Assembly: GCA_050950765.1 (NCBI GenBank)
Contig: JBMNIF010000002.1
Coordinates: 928,001 to 992,000, forward strand
From: Bdellovibrionota bacterium
GTDB lineage: Bacteria; Bdellovibrionota_C; UBA2361; JAAYZI01
Length of the DNA stretch: 64,000 nt
Reading direction: 5' to 3'
A model generated the notes under the pieces. It was given only the letters and a program-made list of their open reading frames with translations, searched no databases and was not told the DNA's origin. This document shows, one piece after another, positions 8,909-17,692 of the stretch (its first letter is position 1; each line of letters starts with the position of its first letter). Position numbers and translations under genes: made by a program.

Positions 8909-11035
8909 ATGTATCTAGAATCGGTTAAAGAAGCTGCTAAACGCTTTAATGTATCGGAAAGAAGAGTCCAGAAGCTTTGTGAATTAGGAAGAATCGAAGG
9001 AGCGCAGATGATAAGCAATGTATGGCTTATCCCAGCATCATCGGAGAAACCGAATGATGAACGGCTCTCTATCGAACTTGAAGGTATGTTGTCGCTTTCT
9101 GATATTTGTTCAGAATTATCAATATCTGTAGCGACAGGACGTAATTGGGTAAAGCTTGGAAAGCTTATACCAACTGAGATAATTAAACGCACCCCATATT
9201 TCGCAAAAGGGTATGTCTCACAAGTAAAGAAGGAAATTGCTTCTGGAAAAAACAAGGCTCTTAAAAGTAGAAGAAATAAAAAATTCATATCCGGCACTAA
9301 TATTTACAATTCGTACATTTCGGATAATTCGAAAAACTTATCTACTATTCAGTCACTGCTTAATGTTATTCAGCAAAATGAGGTATCGATTGATGATGAC
9401 ATAATTGTTGCACTAATTGCAGATTGTGCAAATCAGCTCATATCCTCAAAAATCGGAAATGGGGAAGAGTGTGAAAAATTCAAATTTTTAGTTGATGATC
9501 TCATTTCTTTAAATCCGTTTGCTCTTACGGCTATTGAAAACTATCCAGAATTAGCCAATTTTACTTATGAGTATGAAAGTGGTGAAGATATTCTGGGTCT
9601 CTTGTATATCTCATTACAGAACATTGGTAATAGGAAAGCCACTGGCTCGTACTATACCCCCACAGCGATAGTGAAAAAACTTTGCAGAAATTTGTTTTCT
9701 GAAAACGATTCAACTGGTCGAAGCGTTCTAGATCCCTGCTGTGGAACGGGCAATTTTATCTTACAGTTGCCGGACTCTTTTGATAGTTTAAATGTATATG
9801 GTAATGACATCGATCCTATAAGTGTCAAAATTGCTCGCATTAATTATGCACTAAAATATCAATTATCAAACAAAGAAATTATATACTCACATATAACAGA
9901 GCGTGACTATCTTTCGTATTCAACTGATATAAAGTTTGATTTTATTATCGGGAATCCTCCTTGGGGGTATGTGTACACAGAAAGGGAAAAGGCAGCACTT
10001 CGCAATCAATTTAAGTGTGCTGTCGGCAATAATATCGAATCATATGATGTGTTTGTTGAGCAGGCACTTTCAAATTTGCATGAATGCGGGGTACTTTCTT
10101 TTGTGCTTCCAGAAGCGTTTTTAAATGTTAAAGCGCATATGCCCATGCGTCAGTTACTGATTAATAGCAATTCAATCCAGTATATTGAATTTTTAGGGAA
10201 TGCCTTTGATAAAGTCCAATGCCCATGTATTATTTTGCAAATCGAACATACCAACGCACCACTTTCTACAAAAGGGCTTAAGGTAAATGATGGGAATAGG
10301 ATTTTTACAATAAACAATGAGCGCAAAATTTCTGCAGATTACTTTTCCTTTACAGCAAATGATGAAGAATATTCAGTTATTAGTAAAATTGAGAATGTCA
10401 AAGACAAAGTTACTTTAAGAGATAATGCTGTGTTTGCATTGGGAATAGTAACTGGCAACAACGAAGAATACATCTCTTCTTTTAAAAACAACAACAATGA
10501 AATGATATTGAAAGGTTCTGACCTGCGTAAATATAGATTTAACGAAACTGAGAATTATATCGTCTTTCTTCCAGAGTCATTTCAGCAGATTGCACCAACA
10601 GAATACTATAGGGCTGAAGAGAAGTTGCTTTATCGCTTTATATGTAATCAGCTTGTGTTTGCGTACGATAATCATCAGACGTTATCTTTGAACAGCTGTA
10701 ATATTTTGATTCCGCAAATACCATCTCTTGATATAAAATACATTATGGCAATCCTGAATTCGAGGATGGCTCAGTTTTATTTCAAGAAACAGTTTAGTTC
10801 GGTCAAGATACTTCGTTCACATATTGAGCAGATACCAATACCGCAAGTAGATAAAAAAACTCAAAGTCAGATCATCGCTTTAGTAGATTTGCTGCTTTGT
10901 ACCTCTTTAGAAAATGATATTGTTGAATTGTATGAAATCATCGATTCAACAATTGCTAATCTGTTTAAACTTAGCAATGCTGAATATCAGCTTGTAAAGC
11001 AATCAATGGAAGGCGAGAATTTATTTTTAGTTTAA
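8909..11035 (+). CDS. Gamma-class N6-adenine DNA methyltransferase with two N-terminal HTH domains and a TaqI-like C-terminal specificity region
   Basis: GSYYTP, LDPCCGTGNF and IGNPPW. Excisionase-like HTH SVKEAAKRFNVSERRVQKLC. Confidence 0.9.
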   Translation: MYLESVKEAAKRFNVSERRVQKLCELGRIEGAQMISNVWLIPASSEKPNDERLSIELEGMLSLSDICSELSISVATGRNWVKLGKLIPTEIIKRTPYFAKGYVSQVKKEIASGKNKALKSRRNKKFISGTNIYNSYISDNSKNLSTIQSLLNVIQQNEVSIDDDIIVALIADCANQLISSKIGNGEECEKFKFLVDDLISLNPFALTAIENYPELANFTYEYESGEDILGLLYISLQNIGNRKATGSYYTPTAIVKKLCRNLFSENDSTGRSVLDPCCGTGNFILQLPDSFDSLNVYGNDIDPISVKIARINYALKYQLSNKEIIYSHITERDYLSYSTDIKFDFIIGNPPWGYVYTEREKAALRNQFKCAVGNNIESYDVFVEQALSNLHECGVLSFVLPEAFLNVKAHMPMRQLLINSNSIQYIEFLGNAFDKVQCPCIILQIEHTNAPLSTKGLKVNDGNRIFTINNERKISADYFSFTANDEEYSVISKIENVKDKVTLRDNAVFALGIVTGNNEEYISSFKNNNNEMILKGSDLRKYRFNETENYIVFLPESFQQIAPTEYYRAEEKLLYRFICNQLVFAYDNHQTLSLNSCNILIPQIPSLDIKYIMAILNSRMAQFYFKKQFSSVKILRSHIEQIPIPQVDKKTQSQIIALVDLLLCTSLENDIVELYEIIDSTIANLFKLSNAEYQLVKQSMEGENLFLV

Positions 11036-11737
11036 TCTTCAAATATATAAAATAATTCATTATGGGTAAGCCTCCACAAGAACCTTACCGCTGGCGAAAG
11101 TTGATAGTTTTTTATTTAGATAGAACAGGCACTACTTCTCTTCCTAAGATATTGATGCTCTGGAAAGTCTAGAATATTAACAGTACTATCGTTATCTACG
11201 CTGCGAATTTCTATACAATCAATGAAAAAACAACCTATAAAACAGTAAGATTTAGCAATAATTTCAAACCAGCGTGTGTTAAGGGCAAATATCCCCATTG
11301 CGAAAATTTTTAATAACTGTTTACTAGAAATTATTTTTTATTTCCTTTTTCACGAACCTTGTTTAAAATATCTTTTTCTAAAACGAGGAATTCTTTTAAT
11401 TCTTCTTCTGTCATGAATACTTGACCCTCGAAGACCTCACTCTCTTCAACACCAGTATTTTCGTTTCTATGCTATGAACCAAGCTTTCCTGTTTGCTGTA
11501 ACTCTTCACTTGTGAGAACCCAATAAATCAACGTGTCCTTACAAACACCAATCCAAACAAATATATCGCAACAAGAGGGCTTAAGCTGTTGATAATGATA
11601 TTTGAAGTTGGCTGCTAAAGCTTCATCGTGTGAGTATGCTCTACTTGATATGTGCTGGTTCAGCGTGAAATGGACATTTGAGGTGCTGAAAAAAGCTACT
11701 ATAATAGCCTGAGTGATATTAACTAATGGGGTGAATA

Positions 11738-12043
11738 ATGGGAAAACATTTTAGTGCAGAAGATAAGGTTAAGATATTGAAGGAGCATTTATTAGGAAAT
11801 AAGCCGTTATCGAGTTTATGCGATAAATACGGCGTACACATTAGTACATTTTATGAATGGCAGAAGCTATTATTTGAGGGAGCTATCCAAATTTTTGAGC
11901 GGAATAAAAATGGTAGGAAAGAAGAAAAGAAGCAAGCTGAACGGATAGATATTTTGGAGAAGAAGCTAACGAAGAAGGATTCTGCGCTAGCGGAGCTTTT
12001 GGGGCTTCATATAGATTTAAAAAAAAAGCTTGGGGAGCTTTAA
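11738..12043 (+). CDS. IS3 transposase OrfA (HTH)
   Basis: HTH plus coiled coil; the slippery A9G at 12019-12028 lies just before its stop. Confidence 0.9.
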   Translation: MGKHFSAEDKVKILKEHLLGNKPLSSLCDKYGVHISTFYEWQKLLFEGAIQIFERNKNGRKEEKKQAERIDILEKKLTKKDSALAELLGLHIDLKKKLGEL

Positions 12044-12078
12044 CGAAGCGTTGGGTTGAGCCACAAATACGAGATGAG

Positions 12079-13041
12079 GTGATAGATTTTGTACATGAAT
12101 GGCAAGAGAAATCAGAAATGAAGCGGGAGATGTTTATAAAGAGGTTAGGGATAACACGGAGCAAGTACTATGCTTGGGAAAAACATTACGGTAAAGAGAA
12201 CTTTCATAACGGGCTAATTCCGAGAGATTACTGGCTATTACCCAGTGAAAGGGAGGCTATTATTAAGTATTATTTAGAGCACTCAAGAGTAGGTTATCGA
12301 GCATTAACATACATGATGCTTGACGCAGATGTTGTGGCAGTATCCCCTGCGACGACCTATAGAGTATTGAAAAGTGCTGGCTTAATGCGTTGCTGGAATG
12401 GTTTAAAAAGCAAGAAAGGGACAGGATTTGAACAACCACTTAACCCGCATGAACATTGGCATACGGATGTTTCATATATCAATATTTGTGGCACATTTTA
12501 CTATTTTATTGGAGTTTTGGATGGATGTAGTCGGTATTTAGTTGCATGGGACATTAGAGAATCGATGAAAGAAATAGATATTGAAGTAGTATTACAAAAG
12601 GCTAGAGAAAGTTTTCCAGACGCAAGACCGCGAATTATTTCAGATAACGGTTCAGCCTATATTTCAAAAGAGTTTAAGAATTTTATAAAGATATCTGGTA
12701 TGACTCACGTCAAGACATCACCGTTCTATCCACAATCGAACGGTAAGATGGAGAGATTTAATGGGACATTAAAAGTAGAAGCGATACGACCTAACACTCC
12801 AGTATCACTTGATGATGCGAAAACTATAGTGAGTAAGTTTGTCGAAGAATATAACAATCAGCGGTTACATTGTGCGCTAGGTTATATAACACCAAATGAT
12901 AGATTGAATAACAAGCAAGAGGAGATATTTAGAGCTCGAGACAGCAAATTGGAAGCTGCTAGAGCACATCGCAAGTTAGTAAGAGAGGGGTACCCCTCTC
13001 TTACTAACTACAACATTGAACAACAAGCTCAGGTGTGTTAA
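12079..13041 (+). CDS. IS3 transposase OrfB (rve/DDE), fused to OrfA by a -1 frameshift
   Basis: WHTDVSYI, ISDNGSAY, PQSNGKMERFNGTLK and YNNQRLHCALGY. Confidence 0.93.
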   Translation: MIDFVHEWQEKSEMKREMFIKRLGITRSKYYAWEKHYGKENFHNGLIPRDYWLLPSEREAIIKYYLEHSRVGYRALTYMMLDADVVAVSPATTYRVLKSAGLMRCWNGLKSKKGTGFEQPLNPHEHWHTDVSYINICGTFYYFIGVLDGCSRYLVAWDIRESMKEIDIEVVLQKARESFPDARPRIISDNGSAYISKEFKNFIKISGMTHVKTSPFYPQSNGKMERFNGTLKVEAIRPNTPVSLDDAKTIVSKFVEEYNNQRLHCALGYITPNDRLNNKQEEIFRARDSKLEAARAHRKLVREGYPSLTNYNIEQQAQVC

Positions 13042-13646
13042 CTAGGGTTTTGTGGCATGACAAAAGTCCATTTCCATCAGAGGCAGAACAGATAAACTAC
13101 CTTTGGATGTCGTACTGCTGGCTCTGCATGCTTTTATCTCCACCCGAATACCATCAATCCATAAATCAAATTCTCCATCAAAATTCGGATAGAGAGTTGC
13201 AAGGTTTTTCTTTGTCGCCTTCACAAATTCTGGGTATAATTTTCTTATATGTTTCTCTCCCCAAGTTTGTCCGAATGTGCGAGGAGCCATATCAAATAAG
13301 TATAAATACTGGTTTGATTTTTTACTGCGTTCACAGTATTTCTTGCTTAATTCAGAGTAGTCATCGAAGTTTATTTCACCTAAGTATAACAAATATGCCA
13401 GTAACTTATTTTCGGTACTAAAAGGTGCTACAGACTCATCCTGTCTGATTGCTTCTATAGTTCTTTTATCACCATTAGATTTTTCAATTAATAAATTAAT
13501 TCTGTTTTTTAATTCTTTCACTATTTTATTCCTCCGCTTGAAAAGTAATTTGTATGCCCATATGCTGAGACCGCCAGCAATTTTTTAAATATTGTCGCAA
13601 TGTTCCTTACAAAATTGCTCAATATCGTTTATGTATTCAGAATGTC

Positions 13647-14236
13647 TTAGGGTGGCACCAAATTTTTGACCTCCGTCCAGATCTAGGTGATTCGCTTTTT
13701 AGTTGCAGCCCGTTCTGCTGTCCTTGGTGGGTGCTAAATTTTTAACCCCCGTCCAGATCTAGCTAGTTCTGTCTTCTGTTGCAGCCCGTTCTGCTGTCCT
13801 TGGTGGGTGGCACCACCGTCAGCCTCCAAAAAAGAAGGGTGGCACCACCGTTTCCCGTTAGCTGACTTCCGAGTTTTTTCTGATTTTTTGTTAAAAATTG
13901 GTTGTGCTAAAAGTTAAGATATTGAAATGTAAGAAGAATTGTTCAGAAAAGTGCTTTTAAAAAAGTACCTAGAAAAAGTACCTAAGGGTTTTTTAAAGGT
14001 GGTAGAGCAGAAGGGTGTTCTGCTGTCCTTGGTGGGTGGCACCAAATTTTTGACCTTCGTCGAGATCTAGGTGAACCGTCTTTTCTGTTGCAGCCCGTTC
14101 TGCCGTCCCTGAAGGGTAGCACCAGCGTCAGCCTCCAAAAAAGAAGGGTGGCACCACCGTTTCCCCCGTCCAGATCTAGGTGATCCGTTTTTTCTGTTGC
14201 AGCCCGTTCAATCGTCCTTGCTGGTACTAAATTTTT
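13647..14236 (+). repeat. Mosaic REP/BIME-like array 1 (GGGTGGCACC core)
   Basis: Cores at about 13650, 13729 (degenerate), 13805, 13837, 14034, 14114 and 14146, joined by 79-80 bp and 32 bp modules. Confidence 0.9.
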
Positions 14237-14366
14237 AGACAAAAAACACGTGTAAAATCTTAACGTTAAGAATTAGAGGCAGGAAAAAACGGAAGGTATT
14301 AAGAAGGGGGAAATACGAGGTCTCAACCTTTGCAACTTTTAGTCAATTGCAATTGTCGGTTGCAAC

Positions 14367-14443
14367 TGGTCGCGGGGATAGGATTTGAACCTATGACCTC
14401 GGGGTTATGAGCCCCACGAGCTACCAGACTGCTCCACCCCGCA
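14367..14443 (-). tRNA. tRNA-Met(CAU), initiator type
   Basis: Cloverleaf with anticodon arm TGGGG-CTCATAA-CCCCG (consecutive G-C pairs), T-arm GGTTCAAATCC and an encoded CCA. Confidence 0.96.
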
Positions 14444-14682
14444 GGCGTCTTATACAGGAAGCGGACGGCTATTGTCAAACGATCTGAGAGAAAAATATGA
14501 AATATCACACCTTCTATAAGCGACCTTTAGTGTAAGTAGAGGATGTTTTGCGGAAAAGATCAGGACTTCTCGTAATCTATCGGAATAATTCCTATCTTGT
14601 TTAAAAAAAAGAATTTTTTTTGGATCGCTTAAACGTTTTTTGTCGATGAGGGGACGAGAGTGGCTCTTTTTTTTAGAGGTTT

Positions 14683-15990
14683 ATGTTAAGAGGGGCAATA
14701 AAGTACATATACAAAGATACTGGGCAAGGTATCTGTAAAGGAAGGCTGATAGCGCGCATCATTCTTTGTTGCACCGTTGTGTCTTGTACCATCTTACCGA
14801 GTATCGCTTTTTGCGAGTCGGCCCCTGAAGAAAAGAAAAAGGGACCATCAGGTTTTTTCGAAAGAAATCAGGCTCGAAATATCTTTAGAACAACACTTAC
14901 TGAGACTGAGAAAAAAGAGATCGTTTTAGAAAGAGAGGAAAGAAAATCGTTAGCGGAGAGACGTAAAGAGAGAGAGGGTGCTAAGGAATCCGTTAAGCCT
15001 AAAAAAAATGATTCTTTTGCTTTAGCGACTAAGCAATCTTCACCATTTGTAGAAAGGGCAGAGAACGAGAAAGATAAAAATATCGCCCCTGTTAATTTTA
15101 ATCCTAAAACTTCTAAAGATCCTCAACAAGCGCTAAGAGATAAGATTGTGGGGGAGTTCGGCGATCCTACAAAACGGATGGCTGTGAAAGCTCAAGATTC
15201 TGCGCCCAGACCTTTTAAAGGACTCCTAGCAGCGTTAGGTGAAGGGGATGATGAGTTGGCTTATGAGTACGCTAAACAGTACGCACAATATCAGAAAGAT
15301 TTAATATCGACTATTAACCGTGCCGTTAATATTGAAGATATCGCTAGAGGACGTGAAAATGGTGTAGCACCGGAAGATTTAGCGGAAAAATTCCCTGATC
15401 TGGCACACCTACTAGATTCAGATGCTAAAAAAATCAGAGAGAAAGAGCTCGCTAATAAGAATTACTCAAGAGAGCTTTCTGATAAAGCACGCGCGATGAT
15501 TAAGAAGATGGAGGAGCGTTCTTATGATGCTTTTAATAATCGTCGTGCTACGGATCCGATCGCTAGCCAGTTAAATGAACAGGAGGAGCGTGCTAAAGCC
15601 AGACAGATCCTAAGTAAAAGAGGTGTCCCGCAAGATAGGAACGGTAAGGTTAATATCTTCTTTTTCTTACGTTTTAACAATAAAGATGTGTTGGCGATGG
15701 CGGGAGATATCGAAAAGCTTTACAAGCAGACTTTGAAATATAAAGGTTCCGTTAATTTTATCGCCTTAACGATAGATAATTATAATGTGGATGATGCCGA
15801 GTATTTTAAGAAAAAAACTGGGACAACTTTCCCAATTACTTCAGGTTTTAATTTAGCTAGAACTTTAGGCATTACTGTGGTGCCGACAGTTTCATTTATT
15901 ACACAAACAACTAATAAACAGTATACGGAAGAGGGGATCAGAAACTTCTACTTTTACGATGAGTTATTAAACATAATGCGTGGGAGATAA
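14683..15990 (+). CDS. Exported protein with a C-terminal CxxC-less thioredoxin-like domain (TraF/TrbC-like)
   Basis: Signal-like N-terminus and coiled coils. C-terminal VNIFFF...LARTLGITVVPTVSFI resembles the TraF/TrbC-type Trx fold. Confidence 0.5.
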   Translation: MLRGAIKYIYKDTGQGICKGRLIARIILCCTVVSCTILPSIAFCESAPEEKKKGPSGFFERNQARNIFRTTLTETEKKEIVLEREERKSLAERRKEREGAKESVKPKKNDSFALATKQSSPFVERAENEKDKNIAPVNFNPKTSKDPQQALRDKIVGEFGDPTKRMAVKAQDSAPRPFKGLLAALGEGDDELAYEYAKQYAQYQKDLISTINRAVNIEDIARGRENGVAPEDLAEKFPDLAHLLDSDAKKIREKELANKNYSRELSDKARAMIKKMEERSYDAFNNRRATDPIASQLNEQEERAKARQILSKRGVPQDRNGKVNIFFFLRFNNKDVLAMAGDIEKLYKQTLKYKGSVNFIALTIDNYNVDDAEYFKKKTGTTFPITSGFNLARTLGITVVPTVSFITQTTNKQYTEEGIRNFYFYDELLNIMRGR

Positions 15991-17662
15991 AACGATGAAG
16001 AGTTTTTTGAAGATAATTAACATTCAGCTACTAAGTATAGCTGCATTAGTCGTTATATTTCCACCGTTTACCTTTTCGGTGCCGCTAGCGTGGGGACAGG
16101 ACGAGACGGGTAATATAGATAATGAGTTTTTTAAATGGTCGTTAGAATCTATGCCGAAGCCGTATGAAGGAGGAGAAAAGGCCCTTATGGATATGCCACT
16201 TAGGGGAGCGGAGTCCGATACCATCAGCTCTCCGATAATTAGATTATGGCAGGGGAGAAGAACGAATATCAAGGAAGAGGGACCAAAAGAGGACAATACC
16301 TCTGTAAAGCCAAAAGAGGTAACACACCACCATATATCACCGTTACCATTTTTAGGGCATAGGCAAGGTATGGCGGGAGATGCCTATTCTATTGAAGTTC
16401 AGAAAAATCTTGAAGGCCCCTTTATTAGGACGTTGGTAGCTTTAAATCAGACAGAGCCAGCTTTAGCTGCGGGGGTGTTTCAAGCAGAACAGATCGGTTC
16501 CAATAAAGAAAACGCTGCTTATCAAGCTTATGATATGTTTAATAATCAACTTTATGAATCTGAATTTGTAAAGAGGACTACGATGGCTGCCTTTAATTCG
16601 TGTATGTATAAAGAAACTAAAGGGGAAGGAGGGGGAGGCGGAAAATCTTGGGTTGTGGCGCTAGCTCGATGTATGGGAGAGCCGAATCATAATGAACCTA
16701 TCAAAGATAATGAAAAGGTTAATGCAGAACATATGCAAGGGGGAAATATTTTTATTGCTAAGAAACATACTTCTAGAGATGGAGAAAATTCACAAGATGT
16801 AGGATCCCTCAAATTAGAGCCAAACACAATAAGCGTTACATCAGTACTGTTTAATTATGATAATAAAGACCAAGGAAACACTAAGGATAATATAAATGAC
16901 GTTGCCGAAGCTTGGTTAAAGTGGTTCGGTGATTATAGGATAGTTTTTGAGGATGAAGAAGGAGGATCGAACGGAGTTGATCATGTGGGGCGTGTATTTA
17001 AAGAAGAGTATATAGAGCCGGAGGAAGATATATACAGCATAGCTACTGTTGCTATTAAAGACCGCTTTAAAGACTTTATGAAGGTACAAAACTATTATTG
17101 CAATGCAGTGGAGGGAGTGCCGGAGGGTACCGTTGGCTTAGATGATAGCAACGCTCCTTTTCATAAAAATAAACTTAATAAGGATAAAGAAGTAAAAAAG
17201 GCCATCTGGCGGTTATCAGTACCGGAAAAGCCTTTCCAAGAATTTATCACAACATCAATTCATTCCGTATATAGAACCAAAAAACTTGCTGATAAAGGAA
17301 GTTCAGAAAATATCTGTGAAACACTAAAAAACGCGAAATTAGAAGATGCTGATCCTAATACAGCTCAGGGGGAAATCCTTGTCTTCGCCTACAAATACGC
17401 CAATTTTGTAGCGATCTCTCAAATTATTCGTGCAGCACAAGAAGCTCATGAATACGTTAATAAGCGAACTGGCGGGGTTAATGATAGTGGGGAGGTGTTA
17501 GCAAATTACGCTCACACCTTAATTACAAAAGCTATCGGGATTAATGATTTAAGTGGTGCTTTAGTTTCAAACCTTGATTCATGGAATAAGTTAATTGAAC
17601 AGATGCGACTTAGGGCAAGTAAACACAGTGGCTATGCCATGAGAAGGGTTACGGGTTGGTAG
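15980..17662 (+). CDS. Exported hypothetical protein, in the TraH position
   Basis: Signal peptide, paired cysteines and a C-terminal coiled coil. Lies between the TraF-like and TraG-like genes. Confidence 0.4.
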   Translation: MGDKTMKSFLKIINIQLLSIAALVVIFPPFTFSVPLAWGQDETGNIDNEFFKWSLESMPKPYEGGEKALMDMPLRGAESDTISSPIIRLWQGRRTNIKEEGPKEDNTSVKPKEVTHHHISPLPFLGHRQGMAGDAYSIEVQKNLEGPFIRTLVALNQTEPALAAGVFQAEQIGSNKENAAYQAYDMFNNQLYESEFVKRTTMAAFNSCMYKETKGEGGGGGKSWVVALARCMGEPNHNEPIKDNEKVNAEHMQGGNIFIAKKHTSRDGENSQDVGSLKLEPNTISVTSVLFNYDNKDQGNTKDNINDVAEAWLKWFGDYRIVFEDEEGGSNGVDHVGRVFKEEYIEPEEDIYSIATVAIKDRFKDFMKVQNYYCNAVEGVPEGTVGLDDSNAPFHKNKLNKDKEVKKAIWRLSVPEKPFQEFITTSIHSVYRTKKLADKGSSENICETLKNAKLEDADPNTAQGEILVFAYKYANFVAISQIIRAAQEAHEYVNKRTGGVNDSGEVLANYAHTLITKAIGINDLSGALVSNLDSWNKLIEQMRLRASKHSGYAMRRVTGW

Positions 17663-17692
17663 TTACTAATTTTAAGGCAAGAATGCACGGAG

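Larger units (their letters stand above)
11651..13090 (+). mobile_element. IS3-family insertion sequence, 1440 bp
   Basis: TG...CA ends. Imperfect IRs TGTGCTGGTTCAGCGTGAAATGGAC and TGTTCTGCCTCTGATGGAAATGGAC. 4-bp TSD GATA at 11647-11650 and 13091-13094. Confidence 0.93.
11331..13521 (-). pseudogene. Restriction endonuclease convergent with the MTase, split by IS3 and carrying an in-frame TAG
   Basis: The 5' part (13521-13091, FDLWIDGIRVEIKACRA) joins in frame across the GATA TSD to SRAYSH..YQQLKPSCCDIFVWIGV..GS*HRNE..EGQ. Premature TAG at 11472-11474; natural stop at 11331-11333. Confidence 0.82.

Noticed and set aside
13035..13421. 128-aa plus-strand ORF
   Set aside because: Shadow of the REase and the IS end.
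13982..14242. 86-aa ORF
   Set aside because: It is a translation of the repeat array.
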